Shown here in pieces: positions 1 to 11,651 of a stretch of DNA of 64,000 nt. The position numbers were made by a program, and so were the translations under genes. A model generated the notes under the pieces. It saw nothing but the letters and a program-made list of their open reading frames with translations. It was not told the DNA's origin and made no database searches. This stretch comes from Xylographa opegraphella. Taxonomy: Eukaryota. The stretch lies in the NCBI GenBank assembly GCA_022813865.1, contig JALDZX010000017.1, positions 248,001 to 312,000 of the forward strand, written 5' to 3'. How positions within the stretch are numbered: position 1 is the stretch's first letter; every line of letters starts with the position of its first letter.

Positions 1-2018
1 TAGCTCCCACCCATCCGCTGACCGGCTTACTCCAAGCTCACTGGACCTCTCCTTCGTGACTGATTCCAGTACTTCTCCATCGGTAAAAGCTTCCGCCAGT
101 CTCATATCGTTGTAAGGTTCATTGACCTTTCATTGAGGGCTTTCGCTTAGCAGGTAATGCGGTGCTGGTCTACCCCTAAGGGTACATCGCCATCGCCGGA
201 AGATATACCAGCCCACAAGTACAAGTAGGACCCGCGCAGCGAGGCCGCTGATTACCCCGCCTGCTATCGCACCTACTGGCTTTGAGCTGGATGACGGGAA
301 GGCCGAGATGCTGGGCGTTGAGATGGCTACGAGAAAAGGATGTTAGCACAATCTACACTAAAATCGGCGGTAAAAATGCTCCTTGGCTCGCTAAGTATCT
401 AACCGCGCAACAACCTGAATATAATGCAATAGCCGTTTTTGTTATTTGATGCCGAAGATCTACCTCGTGTCTCAGAGAAAAGTTGCTCGAGCTGAGGACT
501 ATTCCATGAGCTTGGCGTCGGACTACAAGTCCAACTATTAGTTACTTTCGGTATACAGAACCGACGGCTTTGGCTGCTTACGAAGTACTAACAAATTTCT
601 TGACCATTTGCGGTGTCTGGTATGAAGGCGCATTGGGATCGTACGATTATAGCCATGCCAAGTCGGTAAGATCGACGACGCCTAGTCCCAAAGCGAAAAT
701 GTCCTTTTGTGATGTTGAGAGATTGCTGTGCACTACGGCGGTATTTGATCTGCCTATGGATAGCATTTGCCGCTACTCTGCGCCGACGACATGGCAGGTA
801 TGGTTGTTGCAATTGGTAGTCGCAAGATAGTCTACCTTGAACCAGTGAAAGGATGGGAGGGAGAGAATGTATATCTCATCCAGTTGTTGTTCTTGTAGCA
901 CAACTCCGGCGTCGGGATAGGCGGGCTTGATTCCCTTCACCAAATATGATCCAGACAACGGGTCTGCTTCACCACCGTAAATGAAGCTTTGAGACTTAAA
1001 TTAGACTACTGCACAGCAGGGAAGGAGGGGTGCTGCTCACATTTCATAAGTTTCATTATCGCCGGGAACGCTTACAGTGCAGAAGTTTGCGCGCCATTCA
1101 GGTCTGGGGACCGTAGCTGTTTGGTGATACCAAGTGTGCGTCTGCGGATCAAGGACGGCCACTTGATCGAAGCCCAACTGCATAAAGTCGTAGTCCACGT
1201 CGACGGCTGTTGTTGTATAGCCGCCAAAGAAAACTACAAGACCCTCATTCCCGAATGTGAGTACAACCTGGGCGCCGCCATAACTAGCGGTACCAGCGCT
1301 TGAGAAGCCTGAAGCTGTAAAATTCTGCCATCCACCGGATGTCGAGTTGTAGGTGACCAGATTCGGAACAGGCAGATAGCCCTTGCTGGTTTGAGGGTAC
1401 GTGCCTCAGTTCAGAAATCCGCCGAGATAATAGCCGATTCCATTCGCAGACGCTTATAGACAATTCAATGGCCTAGTGGCTGGAAAGCCTGTGTTTTCTG
1501 TGTTTTGTTATGACCAGACGCCACCGCCTCTATTGTCTGGTGTGAAGCTCCAGAGCTGTGTCTTCACAGGACTATTATCGTTGTATTCAAGGCCCCAGGT
1601 TTCTCCACCAGCAAAAGTGTAGGCAGCGGAGCCTTCTGCATTCTGCCAAAGACAGGTATAGTCAAGGATGGGTGAGCCAGCTTCGTCTATACCTACTATA
1701 CTGACGGAATTAATGGTCCAATTTGACCGTAAGTCAATGGCAAGGGTAATATTCACTTTTTTGGAAATGTTAGCCTCCAAAAATTGGGAATTTTATACGG
1801 CGGGCGTAGCCTTACGCCAACCTGTGACATCGTGGTCTGAACTATCGAGATGTGCGATATATTTTCAATCGATGTAAATCCAGTCTCCAAGCACAGCAGC
1901 TACTACAGGTCAGTAATGTTCTTTGATTGGATGAACCATACGTACAAGAATGGTTAGTCAAGTACAGAAAGTTGTTCCCGCCAGGGATATATTTCCAGCT
2001 TCCAGTATAGTTAGTCAT
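1..2018 (-). pseudogene. Decayed fungal kelch-repeat / cell-wall-anchored single-pass membrane protein (runs off the left edge)
   Basis: Manual minus-strand translation across introns gives family motifs AVLGDWIYID*, NITLAIDLRSNWT, LWSFTPDNRGGGVWS*, GIGYYLGG, GLVVFFGG, WYHQTAT..RANFCTV, FIYGG, DEIYILSLPSFHWFK and HTCHVVG, plus a TM helix GAIAGGVISGLAARVLLVLVGWYIFRR. In-frame stops at 1867-1865, 1510-1508, 1456-1454, 1408-1406 and 775-773. Confidence 0.8.
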
Positions 2019-3836
2019 TAAGATAAAAAGGCTACAAATTCTCTAGCGAAGTATACAAGAAACTAAAAGTCTGCAATAAATTATGGAAAATTGTTGAAGG
2101 GCGAGTAGCAGGAGCTGGCAAAATTATACGCTGGATCTCATTTGTAAGCCTCCACGCGGCGCGATCAAATTCTGCCGGCTTGAAAGTGGTGTCCCACTAG
2201 TTGCATGAGAATCTTCCAGGAATCTCTTGATCCTGCACTGCCCGTGCGTTTCTGCGCCATTGAGCAGTGCCATCAACGGTACCTTAGTGAGTCTGAAAAT
2301 GAGCTTTCACCGATTCATTGCCCTCGATCTAAATTGTGAAACTGAGCGCTATCGACCTATGTGCGCAAGGCACATCCAGGGCGCACACAAACTGTCTCCT
2401 ATTAGTAGATTGTTTCAAGGCATTTCGGGAAACTAGTGTTCGTGTAGGCGCAACGATCACCTTCACATAAACGCAAAAGGTAATATATATTAAGTGGAAC
2501 AGCGGAATACGACTCAATCGAAATGGAAGTAGTTTTGTGTTAACAACCGTCATCCTTTTCGGGCACAACCAAATACTAATATCCCTGGATACTCATTGAC
2601 ATATTTGCCAAACAATATACGCAACTACAGAAGCCCAAAATCGAGACCAAAGAGCTGTCCAAACTGAATGTAGGCCTCCTGATTCCAGGAAACTTGCAAT
2701 TAAACACCGCTTACCTTCAAATTAAGCACTGCTTGCATGTCAACTCTAGCCTATGAAACAAATGGAAGGCGACACTTGCTCTCAGCAGTCTGCTTCGAAT
2801 TGGTGGCCCCACCAGAACTGCTCCTTTTTCGCAATAGGCTTTACAACCTTCGCGGCAAATCCAATCTGGATCTGTGATTCGCCTCTCCCGAAATTCACAA
2901 GAAAGCTTCTCATGAACAAGTCCTCAAGTACAGTGTAGCTATTGGGAATATTAACTGAACAGAAACATTCGTTTTGTGGCGCGGAAAGGAAAGGAAAGCA
3001 GGTAGCTCAGTGCAAAAGCGGACTCAACGAAGAATGAAGTGACTATGTCTTGGGATATCCAATGTCTGCTTTTCGGAATCACTTCTCTTGTATCTTTTGT
3101 AATGTACCTCTATTCCAAAGCAGACTTCAGTACCGAGTATTTGAACAACGAAGCAGTACAAGGGTTGATTAAAAGAACGAAGAATGTACGATGAAATCAC
3201 GTAGCGTCCACAGGGACATTTAACAATCAGATGCTGGATGATCCTCACTAAGAGATTGTACTCGAACAGACCATAGGCACATGCAAGTACATGCATGACG
3301 CACCTGTCCGAATTGTTAAGTCTGATTAGCCATTCAATTTCTCTCCAAGCCGCTCGATGGATTTCCTAGCAGCTATGCTGCTACCTTCTTGGGTCGCTTA
3401 CAGGAGCGGTCCGTACACTCAAAGTAGACCAACATATCTTCATATCGAGCTGCTGCCATGGAACCTGTAGAGTTCTTGGTTCGAAACCTCTATCAGATTA
3501 TCCCAAGAGAGTAGGCACCTTAGAATAATTCATTACTTCGCTTATCCTAGAACTAGACTACTGTGATAGGCCATAGTCCCAGGGACAATCGCGGGAGCTA
3601 TCCTAGAGTATCCTAGTCCTAAACGTTTGGACATGAAAGCATTAGTCGCCATGTGATATTATTGCCGCAACACTGTGAGTACGCTTCTTGACTCTAAAGG
3701 CACTCCTCTAAACTGCTGTGGTGACATTCCCAACCTGTCAAAGAAACCTTCAAGCTTTAGGTGGTGCTGTCCTTGTGATAGGTACACTCGCTCTGGTATT
3801 CCCTTCCACTCCTACCGTGCTCAATTCTTCGTCATA

Positions 3837-4531
3837 ATGGCCGGCGGCGCCCTCAAGTACCGCCATCTAGGCCGCAAATCATCTCACCGACAAGCCCTCC
3901 TTCGTAATTTGGTCACTTCACTTTTCGAACATGAATCTATTTCTACAACTTGGCCCAAAGCTAAAGAGGCTCAGAGATTGGCAGAAAAATTGATCACCTT
4001 GGGCAAGAGGAATACCCAGGCTGCTCGAACCAAGGCGCAAGCTGTGTTCTATGTAAGATTGCCCCTCCGCGATCGGCTCGGCTCTCTCATTACCTGTGGA
4101 GTTTCAGAAATTGATTAGAGCAGAAACCAGTTGAGCTTATGCCCAAACTATTCAACGAACTACGCGAACGGTATCTTACTCGGCCTGGCGGCTACACACG
4201 CGTGCTAAGAATTGAGCCTTTGAAGGAAGATCAAGCACCTTCCGCGATATTAGAGCTAGTTGATGGGCCTCGAGACATGCGGTTCGCAATGACAGCAAAA
4301 ACGTTGGTGAAGGAGCGGGCAACGGAAGAAGGTGTAAGGGATCTTACGGCGAAGAATATCATTAAGGTTACGAGATTTCGGGAAGGCGGGCAGGAAGAGC
4401 TTGAAAGGACGGTGAGGGCGTTGGAAAGCAGGGAAAGAGATGAGGAGAGAAGGGCACAAGGGGCACTTAGGAGAAAGGTATATCCTGTCAAAGACAAAGA
4501 GACTGGGAAGTATATTAGGATGAACAAGTGA
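3837..4531 (+). CDS. MRPL8: Mitochondrial large ribosomal subunit protein bL17m (L17)
   Basis: [44 protein letters not shown]...[10 protein letters not shown] is the L17 signature; one intron 4053-4123 (GTAAGA..CAG). Confidence 0.95.
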
Positions 4532-4887
4532 GCAGTTATGTTTTTGTTATTTCTCTGGAAGGACAGAGCCATAGTACAGCACTAGCAGGCCTACCTTCAC
4601 CGTTACACCTTTCAGCGTCTGCTACAGCTGCTGCAATGGGTGCCTATTTACTATTTTGTCAGAACAACTCCCAAATTTACCGATTTGGCTTCCAGATCTC
4701 CCCCTGACAGACTTTGCTGGAAGCACACCTTGCCAATGTCTTGTACTTTTCAGCGCGTAGTGCTGGGGTTTGTCTTACCGGGTACATACACCGCTATGAA
4801 ATATGCTTCCATGGTAGTATGGCGTAGAAGTTTCTGCAAATGACTGGGCCCGGCTCATCTTTGGAATTGAGGGCGAAGATATGCCTG

Positions 4888-5508
4888 TCATAGAAGTTCT
4901 TCCTCGTCCAGTTCCCGACGCTCTTCCTCCGCTTCTTCCCTCTCCCTGACATGCACACCCTCAACAAGCTCCTCGCCCTGCAATCCCACGACTTCTTCTG
5001 CACTGTCACGGCTGTCGCTGCCACTGCCACTCAGGGCCTCAACTTGCTTCTTTCTTTGTGCCTCTATTCTTTCTCTGACAAGCCTTGCAATAGCATTATC
5101 CGTCTGAGCATTCAGCCTCTCAAGCTTTCTCTGTACATCCCGCTTCAAGTCCCAATTCGGCTTCTTGGGCTGTAACTTGAAGAGATCAATTGGCTGCTCC
5201 GCGATATCGTCTTCTTCGGCTTGCTTCTTGGTGGCATCTGATATTTCCTTCGCCCTGATCTCAAGAGTCTCTTGATCCTCACTGGGTGCAGTCTCGAAGC
5301 CAAGTCTAGGACCACGTGTAGATGCGTCATAGTTCCTCCCGGAAAGGTAATTGATTGTTATTGAAGGCGCTTCCACTTGCTCTTGCACTAAAGCAGGCTC
5401 TGTTTCGGCGTCTGGTTCTGGCTGCTTGCGTTTGAGTGATTTGAGCTTGGCAAGGCGAGCCTTTCGTTCTATGGCTGCCGCATCAAGGGTGTTATGCGCT
5501 GAAGCCAT
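4888..5508 (-). CDS. cwf18: Pre-mRNA splicing factor Cwf18 / CCDC12
   Basis: ERKARLAKLKSLKRK, RNYD, IDLFKLQPKKPNWDLKRD, TDNAIARLVRERI motifs; intronless 206 aa. Confidence 0.92.
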   Translation of the reverse strand: MASAHNTLDAAAIERKARLAKLKSLKRKQPEPDAETEPALVQEQVEAPSITINYLSGRNYDASTRGPRLGFETAPSEDQETLEIRAKEISDATKKQAEEDDIAEQPIDLFKLQPKKPNWDLKRDVQRKLERLNAQTDNAIARLVRERIEAQRKKQVEALSGSGSDSRDSAEEVVGLQGEELVEGVHVREREEAEEERRELDEEELL

Positions 5509-5750
5509 ATTCAGGTGGTGAGCTCCGCCAGTTTAATAGACACCCTTAGGAATATGGGCAGGATACACTAGGCGCGGTGATCGTGGTCGTCGCCTTAAAT
5601 AAAGTAGCCAACTGAAAGCCGAGAAAAAGCTTGGACCAATCAGCCCTATATCCTAAATAAGGCTTATGCTGCAGATAATCCGTACTAAAACTCAAACTTG
5701 GTGGGAACTCTTTCATTCTAGGAATGGATATATGAACAGCACTCTCGTCC

Positions 5751-8330
5751 ATGCTCGGTCGCTGTCTTTACTCATCACGATGTAGTGCAGGATGTACTTC
5801 TGGTCATTCGTCGTTCCGCCCAAGTCTTAGTGCCTTGCACGTCCCGATACAGTGGAATTCTCTTGGTCGAACCTTTTGGCTATCTATAAGACCTCTTCCC
5901 TGGAGTTCGGTCATCTGTGGGGCCAAATATTATATCACAAACTACACTGGTGGCAGTCTAGTTTCATGGCTTTCATTAAGAGGTCTAAAGAGGAAGAGAA
6001 TAGCCAAGGCGGCCAATCGAGAATTCGACAGTGATCCACCTACGACTGCGACCATACTGTACTCCACGCTCAAGTGCAGGTATCATGTTGCAAAGGAAAT
6101 TAGGGAGGATACATACCGAAATCCATGCTTTGTTTGGGAACCTCTTATCGGTGCTGAGATTGACACAGTGGATGGTGGACGTGCGCAGTCACTTCGAAAC
6201 CCCCGAAACCATGCATTTACGGGCAAGCTAGCTGGCACAGTCTCTTTCAGTACCATTGCAACTCCGGGCACGGACCTTCGAGACCACGGTCTTGTGAATC
6301 AGCCTGGTATCGCCCCTCAAACTACCATGGTTCGGAGGAAAGGGTTGCGAAAGGTGAAGGTACCATGTTCACGACGCTCGTCTGTGAGACGAAAGGCAAG
6401 AAAATCTGTGACTCGCAAAGTAAGAAAAAGGCCTGCTGCGGATAATGAAAGATTCGACCGTCTTTTGGATAGATGGTCAACAGCTTTGGATAGATGGTCA
6501 ACAGCTTTGGCTCAGATACGCGCACTACACTCAAGTCAAATGCTTATCGAGGAAACTTCAGAGTCTACTTCTCTGTTGGTGAAGCACAACTCGGAACTTG
6601 TCAACAGCGAAGACCCCGTAGAGTTATGGATCGCTAAATCACGACGACACAAGTATAGCACCTGGGAACGCATATTAATCCCCACCCTTCGAGACAGGCC
6701 CTCATTTGTATTAAAGATATTGACGGCCAACCAACAAAGTTCTGGTCATTTTTTACCTCGATGGGTTGTTGAAGACTGCTTGGATCACCTTGCATTGTTG
6801 TACTTGAACAGGAGCACATGTACAAGCAGTACCCATTTTCATCGAATTTATAGTATCACAAATGACTACTTAGAGACCTCAGGTCAACGCGGTGCTTCTG
6901 TATCGTTGAGTCAGCGGACAATTGATTTATTATCGAGACATTCTGATGCTGACCAACTTATCCTGCTCCTTGAAAAGCTGAACAAACACAGAGTTTTTAT
7001 TCATACAGACACAAAACTGCTTATTATGCCAAAGCTTGTTGAGTACGGTAAAATCGGTCTAGCATTATCTATGTTGAAGAGTATGCCTGCTCGGGACCTT
7101 TTGCTTTTCAAAGTACAGAAGTTCTGTGTTATGCTCCTTCGTGCAAAACTAGATGTTCAAAACCTTTACCGTCTACGATCCAACGCCTTTGCGTTCATGC
7201 TTGAGGCTGGTGTCAGACCCAACCGAGTTCTAGTTGACGTAATTATACTCAACGCTGCTGAGGCGGGAGATTTGAGCACTGCCTGGCGCTCGCATACCAT
7301 TGCAAAAGATAATGGACTGAAACCAAGCAATTTCACATATTGTGCATTGCTGAAAGGAGCCCGACATCGAAAGGGTATACTTACCGTTCGGATTGTGCAC
7401 AGAGATGCAAAGGTTGATGGTTGGCTCTTCAAAAGCAATCAACTTAAATTCGAGCTGCTTTATGCATACTACGTTTCTAACAATGGAAAGCATCATCATG
7501 AGCCCTACTCAATCTTATTGCCATATTATCGCCAACTATTCGATGTCAAGCCTCTCCAAGAGCTAGGTATCTTTCAATCGACGGGACGCTGTATCGACGA
7601 GGAAGAGCGAATGCCGCAGCCTACCGTACCCGCACTCGGATTAATTCTCCTGGCATGGCTTACTGAGAACTACAACAATGAATCGGTGTTAGAAGTATAC
7701 AAACGTTATCGGTATCACACTCAGCACAACCAATCTCTTATCGCTCAATTGGCTCGCAGTCAACACACTGCCAATGCATTTATGGTGGCATTCGGCAAAT
7801 CACCCCGGACAGTTCATATATGTACACAAATTGTTCAAGATATGCTCAAGCCTCCAGTTGTGAGAGTCGATACATTGAAGTCTCTCCCAAGCACATCGAG
7901 TGTCAGTCACTCCAATGAAGATTCCTCTGAACACGCCTTCAACGATGCTATTTCCGAGTATGCATCAAATAAAGACTTGGACAATTATAATATACGCCGC
8001 ATTGCACCACCAAGCGTACAAACATGGAGCATCCTGTCGTTTGCACTTATTAAAAATGGACACTCTAATGCAGCTGAGAAAGTGATTGCGTTGATGGAGG
8101 CTCGTGGACAGAAACCAAGTGATGTGACATGGAATTCTCTGCTTAGTGGATATGCGGAATTGCAGGATTTCCCAGGTATAATTCATACTCTACAGAGAAT
8201 GGAGCAGGCCGGTTTTGAGCATGATCATTGGACCACCAAGGCTCTGGCACGAGTAGTGGATCGGGAAGCGTTGCTTCGAAGTCTCGAAGAAAGCACGAAA
8301 GACAACGTCGACGACACGAATGGGGAGTAG
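5751..8330 (+). CDS. Pentatricopeptide-repeat (PPR) protein, probably mitochondrial
   Basis: 859-aa ORF with PPR-type units GVRPNRVLVDVIILNAAEAGD, GLKPSNFTYCALLKG, PSVQTWSILSFALIKNGHSNAAEKVIALMEARGQKPSDVTWNSLLSGY; R/S-rich, acid-poor N-terminus. Confidence 0.85.
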   Translation: MLGRCLYSSRCSAGCTSGHSSFRPSLSALHVPIQWNSLGRTFWLSIRPLPWSSVICGAKYYITNYTGGSLVSWLSLRGLKRKRIAKAANREFDSDPPTTATILYSTLKCRYHVAKEIREDTYRNPCFVWEPLIGAEIDTVDGGRAQSLRNPRNHAFTGKLAGTVSFSTIATPGTDLRDHGLVNQPGIAPQTTMVRRKGLRKVKVPCSRRSSVRRKARKSVTRKVRKRPAADNERFDRLLDRWSTALDRWSTALAQIRALHSSQMLIEETSESTSLLVKHNSELVNSEDPVELWIAKSRRHKYSTWERILIPTLRDRPSFVLKILTANQQSSGHFLPRWVVEDCLDHLALLYLNRSTCTSSTHFHRIYSITNDYLETSGQRGASVSLSQRTIDLLSRHSDADQLILLLEKLNKHRVFIHTDTKLLIMPKLVEYGKIGLALSMLKSMPARDLLLFKVQKFCVMLLRAKLDVQNLYRLRSNAFAFMLEAGVRPNRVLVDVIILNAAEAGDLSTAWRSHTIAKDNGLKPSNFTYCALLKGARHRKGILTVRIVHRDAKVDGWLFKSNQLKFELLYAYYVSNNGKHHHEPYSILLPYYRQLFDVKPLQELGIFQSTGRCIDEEERMPQPTVPALGLILLAWLTENYNNESVLEVYKRYRYHTQHNQSLIAQLARSQHTANAFMVAFGKSPRTVHICTQIVQDMLKPPVVRVDTLKSLPSTSSVSHSNEDSSEHAFNDAISEYASNKDLDNYNIRRIAPPSVQTWSILSFALIKNGHSNAAEKVIALMEARGQKPSDVTWNSLLSGYAELQDFPGIIHTLQRMEQAGFEHDHWTTKALARVVDREALLRSLEESTKDNVDDTNGE
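6464..6510 (+). repeat. Exact 21-bp tandem duplication inside the PPR gene
   Basis: tttggatagatggtcaacagc x2 plus tttgg; encodes DRWSTAL-DRWSTAL. Confidence 0.95.
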
Positions 8331-8819
8331 GGTATGGCAATTAATCTGGTTGGTGGAATAGTCTTCGTGAAAGACAATAGAGCTTTCTATGATGTAGCAC
8401 ATCTTGGTGTGCTACCTATGTATGTACATTAATGACCACTAATACTTCAAGCCATATCTCCAGGGATGTATTTCAATGTATATATTAAAGGTTTCGTAAA
8501 GCACAACGCCCTGCATTGATCTTGCTTCTAGTCTGTAAAGCTTCAGTGCTTGCAGATTCTACAGAGAAAGAAGGGTAGGGAACATGTCTGTACCGATCTC
8601 TTTCGACTATCAAGTGCAGGAATATGTGTGACTAGTTAAAACCTTGACTTTGCAACCACACCTCTATCGCACGAATGTTATAGGCCATATAAATTGGGCA
8701 GATGTAATTCTACAAGATTCGCTTGCTTCATGCAGTATCGAAGGGTATCATTTGTAATCATATTGCGCTCCACAAGCCCGCATGTGTTTTCCCCACCATC
8801 GTTTCCACCCCACGGATCA

Positions 8820-9220
8820 TTACGACCCAATAAACAGTGACGCCTGCAGTTGAGAAGATGAGCCAACACCATTCTCGGACCCTAAATACCTGGACAAAAT
8901 ACTCACCGCCATTATCACGCAACATAAACTGACGTATGGGCTCAGTCTTTCTCCTACTCTTGCAAATTTCCAGAATATGCCAAATAGTCTATACAGTAGC
9001 CGTCAGTATACCAGAAGTCCGAGACTAACCAAGAGAGAATTGTGGGCGGCTCACCCGTCCTTGTTCCTGTCCATGTAGCCCGGCACGACGTTGTGGACGT
9101 ATGCGCTCGTGCAGATGAGGAGGAGGATGACGAGGAGTAGGGATTGGAAGTTGAATAGCGCGGACTAGGAAGCGTTAATTTTCAGTCACCTTCTCGCTCA
9201 GTTCCTGTAGCACTTGCCAT
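8820..9220 (-). CDS. KSH1: Protein Kish (Ksh1/TMEM167), small secretory-pathway membrane protein
   Basis: Not in the ORF track. Spliced translation of 4 exons gives [72 protein letters not shown]. The first intron (9217-9165) is GC-AG. Confidence 0.93.
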
Positions 9221-9444
9221 GGTCTGTTTGAGTCACTTGAAAATCATGGGCCCATAAACTTCCACGCGCGGCGAAGTGTATAGAGGCAAGGCCCTCGGCC
9301 ATTGATTGTCGTCGGCTCCGCCTGAACTTTCACCCTAGCTTCAGCTTTTGCTCCAGCAGCTGTGATTGGATGAATCCAACACCATTCTTCAATCACAAGT
9401 TCACAAGCTACTCTTTCACGGTCTACAGTACCGTCCGTCCCGCC

Positions 9445-9905
9445 ATGACTGAGGTTCGCGCCCGCGCCGCCCGCCACAAAGGCCAGCTCAATTTCGAAGC
9501 TGAACGTGTGTTTGCCCTTTCCCGTATGACTTGTGTTCTGACCCCCTCGTCACAGTCAAAGCCCTCCTCTACGCCTACGGCGATGTGCCCACGCCGCTCC
9601 CGGAAACTGTGCGTGTGCTGGACGAGATCGTCACGGACTTCATAATCGAGACTTGTCACCAGGCAGCGCGTTCGGCCACATACTCGAATCGGCAGAAGAT
9701 CAAAGTAGATGATTTCAAGTTTGCAATCAGGGGAAATGAGGCGATGTTGGGGAGAGTGCAGGAGTTGCTGGGAATGGATAAGGAGCTGAAGGAGGCGCGG
9801 AAGCAGTTTGATGTGGCGGAGGGGGAGAAGGGGCTGGAGAAGGGGAGGGGAGGACGAGGGAGGGGCAAGAGGAAGAGGGGAGAGGAAGGGGAGGACGAGG
9901 ATTGA
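9445..9905 (+). CDS. TAF13: TFIID subunit 13 (histone fold)
   Basis: LKALLYAYGDVPTPLPETVRVLDEIVTDFIIETC...KIKVDDFKFAIR...LGRVQELL; intron 9506-9555. Confidence 0.93.
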
Positions 9906-10261
9906 GTGCAATTGGTCGGGAGAGGATGCTCTCAGTGACGAGAATCCGGAATGGTTGAGGGAAGTTGGTGTTATGGAGCTCGAGAGTACATTGCGTTCGA
10001 CATCCTGCATATTGATGGAGTTTGGGATTTGAGATGTTTCCAGTTATACCCATAAAGACTCTGGTTACATTGGACTGCAGGCCAACCTTCTTTCAGTACG
10101 ATCAGCAGATGTGTATATCCACCGACAATTCATGAGAGGACACTCATCCTGCTATGCATAATACATGCGAGAAACATCCCCGTTGCCAGTCCGAACGCCC
10201 CCCTTTTCAAGCATTCCGCAATGCAGTGGATTGAGCCTCGAACATATGCTAAGGTGCTTTA

Positions 10262-11422
10262 TCATGACCGCTCCCCACCCTCTCCTCTAACTACTCTATC
10301 ACCAACACGTCCACCCCTTCCTCCTCGTTGTCCTCCGCCTCTTTGACCTCCTTCCGTATTTGTTCCATTCGATTGGGCGCCCCCTAGTCCATCCGCTGTT
10401 CCTGTTGTGAGAGCAGCCGTCGCCAGTCTATTCGATAGATCGATCTGCGTTCGGATGGTATTCGCAAGGTACGATACGGCAAGTACATCTTGGATGTGGT
10501 TGTTGCTATCACTTGTGAGCTATTGACTTGGGATGGGTTCTACAACTCACAAGTCTTTCTCAATGTCTTCTGGGTTCACTTTCGGAGCTAGGGCAAGCGC
10601 ATTGAGCAGGAATTGGCCCAGCGCACTGGAAGGCGGTGCCTCCTCTTCTATCACGGCTTCGACATATTTGGAGACCCGGTCCAGCATGCCCAAAACCTCC
10701 TCAATCGCCCGCTCAAGTGACTCGATATCTGTCAGAACACCAGTAGTGCGGTCTTCACGATCTTTTGCCCCGGATATTAACTCGAGCCCACTTTTTTCTG
10801 CATCTCCATATCTTATTTCGTACGGTACAGGTATAAATGCTGCACTATCCGCTGCTCGCTCAGCTGTGACGCCAACTGGCGCAGATATGTATGTCCTTGC
10901 CTCTATGTCTTTACCTGCTTCGGTACTGATCGTCAAGTGTACCGCGGGGTGTGGCCATGTCCCGTCCCCTTGACCTCCGTAGAAGTTCTGAATGAGGGCC
11001 GAAAAAGTGTTCAGCTCTGCCGAGGTTGCATACCATCCAACAAGAACTTCTTTAGGGTTTGCTTTGAGGTGAAGTGACAGCATTTGCTTCTGGTATTCCA
11101 TATCTACCTCGACCTGCTCTTGTGTCTCTGTATGGCCAACAGCGAAGCAATTCCGTATTTCAACCTCTTGCCCATCTTCACTGCGGACACCGAGTAAAGT
11201 ACCAATCACGCGCTCTTGATCAACATTTCGTCGTAGAGAATGGTCAAGGATAGAAAAAATTGCCTGGAATAAGCGTAAGCATAATTACAGCGCCTAGAGA
11301 GCTGCGAGTTTTTGTACTTGGGGCTGTATTATGACATTTAGAGGAGCTGTGGTGGTTTGCGATCCAATAGCGGCTGGACCGAGTGGCCTTGCGAGATGTA
11401 GGAAAGAGTCTGCTTCCACCAT
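10262..11422 (-). CDS. eIF3f: Eukaryotic translation initiation factor 3 subunit F (MPN domain)
   Basis: [60 protein letters not shown]; two introns; RGG-rich tail. Confidence 0.95.
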
Positions 11423-11651
11423 GGCTTAATACTCCTGCTCACTCAGCTGTTTGAGAACTCAAATTAGATACTCCGTAGGCCACAAATGAGGAATTCAAGC
11501 CTAACCTGTAGCCCTAACCGTCTTTAGCGGAAGCGTAATTCGTGTGTGTGATATTTTAAGGTTTGCGCTAGACCCTTCTAGTCCCAATATAGATAAGATA
11601 AGAAATATCAAACCTTTGGTCAGCGGTGTCTTTCTCGACTGTGTCCCGCTG

